In this document: positions 8,654-17,400 of the stretch, in pieces
How positions within the stretch are numbered: the stretch's first letter is position 1
Layout of the letters: the number at the start of each line of letters is the position of its first letter
Source: Candidatus Altarchaeum sp.
GTDB taxonomy: Archaea; Altiarchaeota; Altiarchaeia; Altiarchaeales; Altiarchaeaceae
Reading direction: 5' to 3'
NCBI GenBank assembly: GCA_018260615.1
Contig: JAGWDQ010000082.1
Coordinates: 1 to 48,401, forward strand
Length of the DNA: 48,401 nucleotides
Notes under the pieces: model-generated
Told to the model about the DNA's origin: nothing
The model's database searches: none
What the model saw: only the letters and a program-made list of their open reading frames with translations
Translations under genes and position numbers: made by a program

Positions 8654-9817
8654 ATGTCATTTACATTAAAAGCCGCAAAAGGGGATGATTTCATAAACAG
8701 AAAAGAGATAATTAATGAGATAGTCACAACTATTTCAGGTAACTCCAGGATTGGATTTGCATTGTATGGAAGCAGAAGAGTGGGTAAAACATCTATCTTT
8801 AAGGAAGTTCAAAGAAAACTTAAAAGCAATGAAGATATAGTCGTTATTTATTTTTCTGTATGGGAAGTGATGCCAAAAACAATAACAAACTTTGTGAGAT
8901 ATTTTTCAGATACTGTTCTTGAGGCATATAGATATAAAATACCTATTAAGCGCAGGGTTGTAGAACTTGTGAAATATCCTGTTGAAGTTATAAGAGATTA
9001 TTTAAGGGATGTTAAGATAAGTGCAAAAGTTATGGACGAGATTGAATTTTTACTTACCTTTGATGATAAAAAAGAGAAAAATTACGGTGACCTGATAAGG
9101 AGAGCATTTGATCTTCCTGAGAAATTAGCGGCTGAAACAAATACAAAATGTGTTATACTCATGGATGAATTTCCATCTATAGTGGATCTGAAAAATGAAT
9201 CAAAAATAGGACAGGATGTAATTGGAGTAATAAGGACACTGTATGAAGACCAGAAAAATACTGTTTTATGTGTTTCGGGTTCGATAAGAAAAACAATGGA
9301 AATTTCAGTTCTTTCTTCAATTTCTCCATTTTACAGGCAATTTATAGTGCGTGAAATAAAACCCCTGTCAAAAGATAATGTAGATGAGTTACTTAAGAAA
9401 AACTGTAGAAAAGAAATTGATGAAAAGGCATTAGAAAAAATTTTTGAGTTTACAAAAGGTATTCCCTTCTATGTTCAACTTTTGGGTAAAAGAATTGATG
9501 CGGTGGAATGCAATAAAATCACATGTCAAGAAATAAAGCAGGTTATAGCAGATACACTTGAGGAGGAAGGTGCAATTCTTTTTAATAGTGAATTTTTTAA
9601 TTTGAGTGCAAGGGAACAGAAAATTATAATCGCTATGTCAACAAAGAATTTACATTCTCCGGGGGATATCGCCAAAGAAACAAAAGAAGAAACAAGCACC
9701 ATATCCACATATCTTATATATCTCCAGGAAAAAGGATTTATAACAAAAAGGAGGAAAGGCATATATTCAATTGATGATTTGGTCTTTGAAAAATGGATTG
9801 CATGGAAATATGGATGA
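8654..9817 (+). CDS. Archaeal AAA ATPase (ATPase_2 family) with C-terminal winged helix
   Basis: FINRKE, Walker A GSRRVGKT, Walker B ILMDEFP, GIPFYVQ, C-terminal HTH-like segment. Confidence 0.85.
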   Translation: MSFTLKAAKGDDFINRKEIINEIVTTISGNSRIGFALYGSRRVGKTSIFKEVQRKLKSNEDIVVIYFSVWEVMPKTITNFVRYFSDTVLEAYRYKIPIKRRVVELVKYPVEVIRDYLRDVKISAKVMDEIEFLLTFDDKKEKNYGDLIRRAFDLPEKLAAETNTKCVILMDEFPSIVDLKNESKIGQDVIGVIRTLYEDQKNTVLCVSGSIRKTMEISVLSSISPFYRQFIVREIKPLSKDNVDELLKKNCRKEIDEKALEKIFEFTKGIPFYVQLLGKRIDAVECNKITCQEIKQVIADTLEEEGAILFNSEFFNLSAREQKIIIAMSTKNLHSPGDIAKETKEETSTISTYLIYLQEKGFITKRRKGIYSIDDLVFEKWIAWKYG

Positions 9818-9910
9818 AAATCAAAGACGATCCTCATAGGTGGGAGCAGTTTAATAGTAAGTGAATAATATGTCAGGAAATTGATAATACGAAGTTTATA
9901 GTAAAATAAG

Positions 9911-10712
9911 ATGCGTGATTATACAGTTGAAAAATATAGAGAACTATGCAGTGCAATAAATGAGAATTATAAAACTTTAACATTTAAAGAATATTTAAAT
10001 AATTCAAATTTTAAAGATAATTTTGTTATTTTAAGGCATGATGTTGACAGAATGCCTGAGAATGCTTTAAAAATTGCAGAAATTGAGCATGAATCCGGCA
10101 TTAAATCAACATACTATTTCAGAACAAACAAATCCGTCTTTAAACCGGAAATAATTAAAGGAATTGCTTCACTCGGACATGAAATTGGCTACCACTATGA
10201 ATGTATGGATAAAGCCGCAGGAAATCCTGAGAAAGCAATAAAAATATTTGAGGACGAATTGAAGAAATTCAGAGAAATCTGTGATGTTAAAACAATCTGC
10301 ATGCACGGCAATCCGTTAACAAAATACGATAACAGGGAATTAGGGAAAAAATATGATTTTAAAAGAATACTCACACATACTGAAACCTTCGGTTTCAATC
10401 TTTAAAAAACTACAAGTTTTTTAAAAAGCCACAAAGATACAGGGTAACTCTGCTCTTTGTGTCTTCGTGTCTCTGTGTGATTTTCAAATTCCAAAGGATT
10501 TGAAAATATCCGAACGAAGTGAGGTTAAAATAATAAAACGAACTTTCCTGTACGATAAAAAATTTGAAATTTTGGGTGAAGCATATCTTTCGCTGGGAAA
10601 TGATATTGCTTACTTTTCAGATACGGGAAGAAACTGGGGAAATAAATATAAAGTTAAAGATTTTAATGTAAACCTAAATAGTAATACGAATAAAGATATA
10701 GAACATAATTAG
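9911..10712 (+). pseudogene. Deacetylase-like gene I, copy 3, split by a ~190-bp insertion
   Basis: ORFs 9911-10405 and 10467-10712 give the N- and C-parts (...KYDN / KKFEILGEAYLS...) that are contiguous in copy 2; divergent 5' allele MRDYTVEKYREL. Confidence 0.9.
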
Positions 10713-10784
10713 TTGTTTATAAAATATGAATAAAAATTTTATTGCCGTAACTGTGGATATTGAAGACTGGTATCATATTCCTTC
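10026..10784 (+). repeat. 759-bp direct repeat, copy A (partner 15775-16533, offset 5749)
   Basis: No differences seen by eye from TTATTTTAAGG to CATATTCCTTC; ORF ends 10405/16154 and 10712/16461 share the 5749 offset. Confidence 0.9.
10365..10556. repeat. Hairpin-rich non-coding insertion (REP/MITE-like) in deacetylase copy 3; boundaries approximate
   Basis: Stems TGAAACC-ttc-GGTTTCA, TTTAAAAAACT-aca-AGTTTTTTAAA, CACAAAGA...TCTTTGTG, TTTTCAAAT(T)CC-aaa-GGATTTGAAAA; absent from copy 2. Confidence 0.7.
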
Positions 10785-10848
10785 AGTTACTGGTTCGCCA
10801 TTTTCAAAATTCAAAGATGTTGATGAATTTTTCAGTAAATGCATGTGA
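10726..10848 (+). pseudogene. 5' fragment (38 codons) of polysaccharide deacetylase II
   Basis: MNKNFIAVTVDIEDWYHIPSVTGSPFSKFKDVDEFFSK then CM*; same protein as the start of 16475-17386. Confidence 0.9.
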
Positions 10849-10965
10849 AATTGCAGGATTAGGTAGTGGATTTTTTATCAGATATTTCTAAATTTAAAAC
10901 AAATAAATAAATATATTTTTGTGAAATGAAAATATCTTGGTTGTTAGCCATAAAATTTAAATACG

Positions 10966-12385
10966 ATGGACCAAAAGCAACTCCTTGAAATTATAGAAGA
11001 AGGTGAGTCAGAGGGGGCGGAATTCAAAAAATCAACTGCCCAGTTAGAAAAGGGTCTGAGAGCAATATGTGCTTTTTTGAACCACAAGGGCGGGGCAGTA
11101 TATTTCGGAATTGATAATAAGACCCTGGTCGGACAGCAGGTCTCTGACCCCACCTTAAGATCAATATCTCAGAAAGTCAGGCAGAAGATAAAGCCGGAAA
11201 TAACTCCGGAAATTACTGTTCATGGGGACGGCAGGGAGAAGATTATAAAAGTTGCGGTAAAAGAAGGACTTAATAAATTATATTATTTAGATGGAGTTGC
11301 TTACAAAAGAGTCGGAACGGAAAATCCTATAAGCCCTCCGGAAGAAATTGAAAGAATTATTATGGAAAAGCGAAAAAACCGTTGGGGCGAACAAATCTAT
11401 CAAGATGCAATTCCGGAAGATTTAGATTGGGGAAAAAAGGTGGTTTCTGAAAGAAGGAAAGAAACTGAAGAGAATGAATATTCCTGAGAACTTGCCAATT
11501 GACGAGATTTTGACGAGATTAAATATGTTAAAAGACGGGGGATTAACAAATGCGTCCGTACTGCTTTTTAGCAAAGAACCAAAATTTATTCAGTCCGAAG
11601 TTAAATGCATTGTGCTCCCAACAACAGAGTTCGTAAAGCCATATGTAAGTTATCATTCTTATGAAGGAAATTTATTTGATCTGGTTGATAAACCACTGGC
11701 ATTTGTATTAGAAAACATTCACAGACCTTTATGGCTGGAATACGGAAAAGCAGCAGCAATAAATCCTTATGAAATTCCGGAAGATGCTGTACGAGAATGT
11801 ATTGTCAATGCAGTTGTTCACAGGGACTATGAATCCCCATCCAAAGTTCAGATAAGGATATTTCCCGACAGAGTTGAGATATGGAACCCGGGTAATTTGC
11901 CCTGCCAGTTAAAAATAGATGACTTGAAAAAACCACACCCCTCTTTACCAAAAAATTCGTTAATATTCAGACAATTTTACAGGGCAGGTTATGTAGAAGA
12001 TGTTGGAGGCGGAACCACAGACATAATACAATTATGTAAAGACAGTGAATTAGCAGAACCAAAATTTGAAGAGAAAATGGGTTATTTGATTGTGACAATA
12101 TATCGTTCTGTTTTGACAGAAAAACATCTTGACGATATGAATATCAGCGAAAGACAAAAAAAAGCAATTAATTATATGAAGACACACGGAAAAATTAAAA
12201 GAACAGAATACGAGAAATTACATGGATTATCAGAGAGGAGTGCTAACAGAGAATTAAAAGAGATGGTTATGAAAAAAATCGTCAAAAAAACAGGCAGGGG
12301 CCCCACAACTTTTTATGTTATGACGGGATATGGCGAGATATGGCGAGATATTGATTTGATTAAAAAAAGAAAGGGAAGCAGATAA
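10966..12385 (+). pseudogene. AlbA_2-HATPase-HTH paralogue 2, split by a frameshift near 11430
   Basis: ORFs 10966-11487 and 11474-12385 together align with 6487-7911; the +1 frame before 11474 reads RWFLKEGKKLKRMNIPEN vs KWFLRTAKIKRGLKIPEN. Confidence 0.85.
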
Positions 12386-12818
12386 CCGGACAATTGAAAC
12401 CCTGAAGCAGAAACACGAATCAACGCCATATAATCCTCTTTTGCTTGAGCATTTCTTTTGGGTCAAGTATGTTGAAGAGGTTGGAACAGGAACAAATAAA
12501 TTGATTGATTGGTGTAAAAGATGGGATTTACCTGAGCCGGATTTTGAATTTACAGGAACAAGTATTGTTGTAACATTCCGGAAATCTAAGCTTACAGATG
12601 AATATTTAAGTGCTCTGGAGTTAAATGAAAGACAAATAAAAGCAGTGGAGTATGTGAAAAATAACAAAGAGATAGACAACAAAACATATAGAAAACTGAA
12701 TGATATTGGAAAGGTTATATCCGCAAAAGAGTTAAATGATATGGTAATAAAAAAGATATTGAAGATCGCTGGTGAGGGCAGAGCAAGGAAGTATGTTTTG
12801 AACGATTTGAACGATTAA
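12384..12818 (+). pseudogene. Orphan C-terminal module (end of HATPase + HTH) of an AlbA_2-type paralogue
   Basis: Starts abruptly at NRTIETLKQKHES with no start codon; first ~139 bp near-identical to 13113-13251, then a different HTH tip. Confidence 0.8.
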
Positions 12819-12826
12819 TGAACGAT

Positions 12827-13531
12827 TATGCGCATTTTTGAACCACAATGGTGGGGCAGTATATTTAAGGGCACCGGAGTTACTGGAAAAATGATAGATT
12901 TTAAAGTAATAGATTTTACAATAACATCGCGATGGCGGCATGGATTGAAGCAGGAAAACTTCAACGACAGGAGAAATGGGACTATCCTCCCGACGCGATA
13001 AGAGAAGCACTTGCAAATGCGTTATGCCACAGAGAATATGAGACATCTTCTGCCGCACAAGTGAGGATATTTGATGATCGCATGGAATTCTGGAATCCCG
13101 GAATACTTCCAAATAACCGGACAATTGAAACGCTGAAGCAGAAACACGAATCGAAGCCATATAATCCTCTTTTGCTTGAGCATTTCTTTTGGGTCAAGTA
13201 TGTTGAAGAGGTTGGAACAGGAACAAATAAATTGATTGATTGGTGTAAAAGGTGGGGACTTCCGGAACCATTGTTTGAACTTATTGTCGATGACCTGGTT
13301 GTGACATTCAGAAAATATCAAATTACAGATGAAATTTTGAAAGAGCTAAATGAAAGGCAGAAAAAAGTAGTGGAGCATTTAAAAATTAATAAAAAAATAA
13401 CTCGTTTGGAGTATGTAACACTGACCGGGTGTTCGGAAAGAACTGCCTTTAGAGATATTGAAAATTTAATAAAAAAAGAATTCTTAATAAGAAAGGGCGA
13501 TGGGAGGAAAACATATTATGAGTTGTCATAA
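12827..13531 (+). pseudogene. Deletion-riddled AlbA_2-type paralogue (N-terminal scrap, mid scrap, intact C-terminal half)
   Basis: 12827-12870 reads CAFLNHNGGAVY; then KGTGVTGKMIDFKVID; ORF 12932-13531 has YPPDAIREALANALCHREY...LNERQ...GDGRKTYY. Confidence 0.8.
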
Positions 13532-13583
13532 ATGGCACGAATTGGGAAAAAAATATCCGGTGTAACGAACAACGCCGAAATGA

Positions 13584-13757
13584 GCCAAACAAGGAGATGA
13601 GCATAGTGAAATTATGGCGAAACATCCGTATGAGATGCCTCAAGAGGTGGTACGTGAAGCAGTCGTTAACGCACTTGTTCATAAACAATATACATTACTG
13701 TCTAAATTCAATGACCAGTTATACTCTTGCGAGATATTGCGAGATAAACAAAAATAA
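13584..13757 (+). pseudogene. Further AlbA_2-type remnant: HATPase motif joined to a 3' tail
   Basis: Frame of ATG 13614 reads MAKHPYEMPQEVVREAVVNALVHKQY, matching PYEIPEDAVRECIVNAVVHRDY; followed by TTGCGAGATA x2. Confidence 0.7.
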
Positions 13758-13758
13758 A

Positions 13759-14013
13759 ATGCGTGATTTCACAATTAAAAAATACTGGAAACTATGCAAC
13801 ACAATAAAAGAAAATTATGGAACATTAACTTTTGAGGGTTATTTAACCAAATCCAAAAACAAATTTATTATTTTAAGGCATGATGTTGACAGAATGCCTG
13901 AGAATGCTTTAAAAATTGCAGAAATTGAGCATGAATCCGGCATTAAATCAACATACTATTTCAGAACAAACAAATCCGTCTTTAAACCGGAAATAATTAA
14001 AGGAATTGGTTAA
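13759..14013 (+). pseudogene. Deacetylase-like gene I, copy 4 (3' truncated at KGIG*)
   Basis: MRDFTIKKYWKLCNT...KPEIIKGIG*; same breakpoint and downstream ~70 bp as copy 1 (offset 7824). Confidence 0.9.
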
Positions 14014-14046
14014 ATAATTATTTATACTTTTCCTTTTAATTATTAA

Positions 14047-14080
14047 TACCTACATAAATTATACATAAAATCTGTAGGTA
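14047..14080. promoter_or_regulatory. Inverted repeat TACCTACA-N18-TGTAGGTA just upstream of the ATPase B start
   Basis: Ends 7 bp before ATG 14088; identical to 6223-6256. Confidence 0.45.
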
Positions 14081-14087
14081 AATTAAA

Positions 14088-15623
14088 ATGTTTGTTAACA
14101 GAAAAAGAGAGATGGAGTTTTTAGAGAGGGTGGGCAAGCAGTTTGAACGCGGTGTAAAGGTTCCAATTGCAATAATCGGATTGAGAAGAATTGGCAAAAC
14201 AGAATTGATTCAAAAATTTCGTGCGAATAAATCAGAAATTTTAATGCCGTATATGAATCTGGAAGGAACAACATCATCACCGGAAACTTATGCACAGGAT
14301 TTTTATTTAGCGTTTTTGAAGGAGATATTGAGAACTAAAAAAATGAGATTTGAAGCAGTTGGTTCAAAAAGGGAACAGATAATTGCAATTTCGTCAAAGC
14401 TTGGAGAAGGAATATACTTTAAGTCCCGGGGATTGATAAGTGCCGTTGATTCAAGAGACTATAATGAACTTTTGAAGGTTTGCTTTTCCCTCCCGGAAGA
14501 AATTGCAGAGGAATTAAAAACGAAAGTTATGTTTTTTGTTGATGAGTTCCAGGAATTTGATGACTTAAACAATTATCGCTTTGGTGATGTTTTTAAGATA
14601 ATGCGTTCTGTTGTTGAGAAACAGAAGAATGTGCTTTATGTAATATCTGGTTCTGTTATCTCTTTCATGGAGCGTGTTGTTGGCGATCCGGCAAAACCGT
14701 TCTTTAATCAATTCAGGATACTAAAATTAAGATATTTTACAAAAGAGGACTCGATAAAACTGGTAAAATGTCTGTTAAAAGGGGTGGAAATTGATGAAAA
14801 GACCTCGCATGAAATATTTAAAAACACACTTGGACATCCATTCTACATAACCGCAATATGCGAAAGGATCGCTCTCGAATCCGCACTGGAAGTTGATGTG
14901 GATTTGGTCAGATACGCAACACTAAAGGAAATTTTAGATGTTAACGGAAAGATAAACATACTATTTAAATACATATTTGAAAATTCACTGCAAAAAGCAA
15001 ATAGAAAAGGGCATTTAAAGGAAATTTTGGTTTATTTGGCAGAAAATGAGGGAGCGACTCTAAGTGAAATTGCAAGATATTTAAATAAACCAAGCGGACA
15101 AGTGAGTAATTATCTTTCTTCGCTCTTACAGACCGACCTGATTTTTGGAAGCGAAAAAAAGTACTATTACAGGGACGCCATCTTTAAGTTCTGGATAGCA
15201 AAGACGCAACTTGGGAAAGATATTGGAATAAGCAGAGAGAAAAAAGCAACGGATGATTACATTTCAGAACTTGAAGAGAAGTATATGAGGGCATCAACAG
15301 AACTTGGAAGAGCAAAGGAATACGAATTTAAAGTCAAACTTGAAAAAGCACTTGGATTAAAACTTGATAATTACATAAGTGAAGACTGACAGATTGAATT
15401 TGATCTGATTGGAAAGAAAGGCAAAAGCATGCATATCATTGAGATTAAGTGGAGGAATAAAACAGTAGATTATGAAGATGTGCAGAACTTTCTAAATAAG
15501 GTTTCAAGATCCGGATTTAAAAATGCCAAACTATATTTTGTTTCAAAGACGGGATATACAAAAGAGGCAGAGGCGTTGATGAAAAAAGAAGACATAATTA
15601 TATTGGAAAATGACCGGGAGTGA
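14088..15623 (+). pseudogene. Archaeal AAA ATPase + wHTH + C-terminal PD-(D/E)XK (DUF234-like) nuclease, interrupted by one in-frame TGA at 15387-15389
   Basis: Walker A GLRRIGKT, Walker B FFVDEFQ. ORFs 14088-15389 and 15429-15623 are in the same frame; read-through gives ISED*QIEFDLIGKKGKSMHIIEIKW (E-x-D...E-x-K). Confidence 0.8.
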
Positions 15624-15665
15624 AATATATTCTAAAAACCTGACGATTAGGGTGACGATTATAAA

Positions 15666-16461
15666 ATGCGTGATTTCACAATTGAAAAATACTGGAAACT
15701 ATGCAACACAATAAAAGAAAATTATGGAACATTAACTTTTGAGGGTTATTTAACCAAATCCAAAAACAAATTTATTATTTTAAGGCATGATGTTGACAGA
15801 ATGCCTGAGAATGCTTTAAAAATTGCAGAAATTGAGCATGAATCCGGCATTAAATCAACATACTATTTCAGAACAAACAAATCCGTCTTTAAACCGGAAA
15901 TAATTAAAGGAATTGCTTCACTCGGACATGAAATTGGCTACCACTATGAATGTATGGATAAAGCCGCAGGAAATCCTGAGAAAGCAATAAAAATATTTGA
16001 GGACGAATTGAAGAAATTCAGAGAAATCTGTGATGTTAAAACAATCTGCATGCACGGCAATCCGTTAACAAAATACGATAACAGGGAATTAGGGAAAAAA
16101 TATGATTTTAAAAGAATACTCACACATACTGAAACCTTCGGTTTCAATCTTTAAAAAACTACAAGTTTTTTAAAAAGCCACAAAGATACAGGGTAACTCT
16201 GCTCTTTGTGTCTTCGTGTCTCTGTGTGATTTTCAAATTCCAAAGGATTTGAAAATATCCGAACGAAGTGAGGTTAAAATAATAAAACGAACTTTCCTGT
16301 ACGATAAAAAATTTGAAATTTTGGGTGAAGCATATCTTTCGCTGGGAAATGATATTGCTTACTTTTCAGATACGGGAAGAAACTGGGGAAATAAATATAA
16401 AGTTAAAGATTTTAATGTAAACCTAAATAGTAATACGAATAAAGATATAGAACATAATTAG
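15666..16461 (+). pseudogene. Deacetylase-like gene I, copy 5, split by the same ~190-bp insertion (about 16114-16305)
   Basis: ORFs 15666-16154 and 16216-16461; 3' part identical to copy 3. Confidence 0.9.
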
Positions 16462-16533
16462 TTGTTTATAAAATATGAATAAAAATTTTATTGCCGTAAC
16501 TGTGGATATTGAAGACTGGTATCATATTCCTTC
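15775..16533 (+). repeat. 759-bp direct repeat, copy B
   Basis: Matches 10026-10784. Confidence 0.9.
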
Positions 16534-17386
16534 GGTTACAGGTTCGCCGTTTTCAAAATTTAAGGATGTGGACGAATTTTTCAGCAAATGGGATAAAAGA
16601 TATGATTACCTGACTGAACCGACAAAAAGGGTCTTAAACATGCTTGATGAATTAAATATAAAGGCAACCTTTTTTGTTGTTGCAGATGTTGTCGAACATT
16701 ACCCCGGATTAGTCGAAGAAATAGCAGATAGGGGACATGAGATTGGATGTCATGGATTACATCACGCATGCAAGATACATCCAAAGACAAAGAAGCCATT
16801 AATGTCAACTGAGGAATTTGAAAAAAGAACACTGAAAGCAAGGAGAATACTTGAGAAAGCATCAGGCAAGGAAGTAATCGGATACAGATCACCAAATGCG
16901 TTCATTGGCGGCTGGATGCTTGATTCGCTGAAAAAATTGGGGTTTGAGTATGACTCCTCCGTGAGCAAAAATTCCCTTTACAATAAAACGGACTCCCAAC
17001 TTACCAATGTTACTACAGTACCATATCATCCAAAAAATGACTGTCTTGACGCTGAAATAAATGATCCGAAAAATAAGGGACTACAGGAGATTCCCTGGCC
17101 ATACTTTGATTTTATGGGATTTAAATTCCCAACTGCAGGCGGTCCAATGCTCAGGTTTTTAGGTTCGGGATACATTATGCTGGGATTAAAACAAAGTTTA
17201 AAAAGGAGCAGTACAGTTTTTTATTTTCATCCGATTGATATTTCAAATGAAAAATTCCCGAATATCGGTAAAGGAAGACCATTATATTGGATCATTAAAG
17301 GAGAAACCATTGAAAACAGAATTAAATATATATTAAAAAATACCAAAGCAAATTTTGGCTGTTGTAGTGAAATGCTGCAAATTTAA
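16475..17386 (+). CDS. Polysaccharide deacetylase II (NodB/CE4 with DUF3473-like C-terminus)
   Basis: TVDIEDWYH, KATFFVV, GHEIGCHG, GYRSPN, YDSS, FYFHPIDI. Confidence 0.9.
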   Translation: MNKNFIAVTVDIEDWYHIPSVTGSPFSKFKDVDEFFSKWDKRYDYLTEPTKRVLNMLDELNIKATFFVVADVVEHYPGLVEEIADRGHEIGCHGLHHACKIHPKTKKPLMSTEEFEKRTLKARRILEKASGKEVIGYRSPNAFIGGWMLDSLKKLGFEYDSSVSKNSLYNKTDSQLTNVTTVPYHPKNDCLDAEINDPKNKGLQEIPWPYFDFMGFKFPTAGGPMLRFLGSGYIMLGLKQSLKRSSTVFYFHPIDISNEKFPNIGKGRPLYWIIKGETIENRIKYILKNTKANFGCCSEMLQI

Positions 17387-17400
17387 ATATAAAATTTGAA

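Noticed and set aside
10467-10556. MSLCDFQIPKDLK... (also 16216) as a genuine gene start
   Set aside because: These codons lie inside the hairpin insertion; only the part from KKFEILG is deacetylase sequence.
11428-11440. G GGA AAA slippery heptamer as a programmed -1 frameshift joining ORFs 10966 and 11474
   Set aside because: The heptamer is in frame, but the -1 frame hits TGA within a few codons (GGT GGT TTC TGA); the join needs +1, so a small indel is the simpler explanation.
13597-13758. N-terminal extension of ORF 13597-14013 as a real protein
   Set aside because: It is an off-frame reading of an AlbA_2-family remnant running into the deacetylase ATG at 13759.
8457-15389. Stop-codon reassignment (TGA read as Trp or Gly) to explain in-frame stops
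   Set aside because: TGA would have to be Trp at 8457 and probably Gly at 15387, many intact genes end in TGA with tight downstream coupling, and other lesions are TAG or indels.
5932-16533. IS, integron, prophage or diversity-generating retroelement as the cause of the repeats
   Set aside because: No transposase, tyrosine/serine recombinase, phage gene or reverse transcriptase is visible; differences between copies are not adenine-specific; no terminal inverted repeats bound the units.
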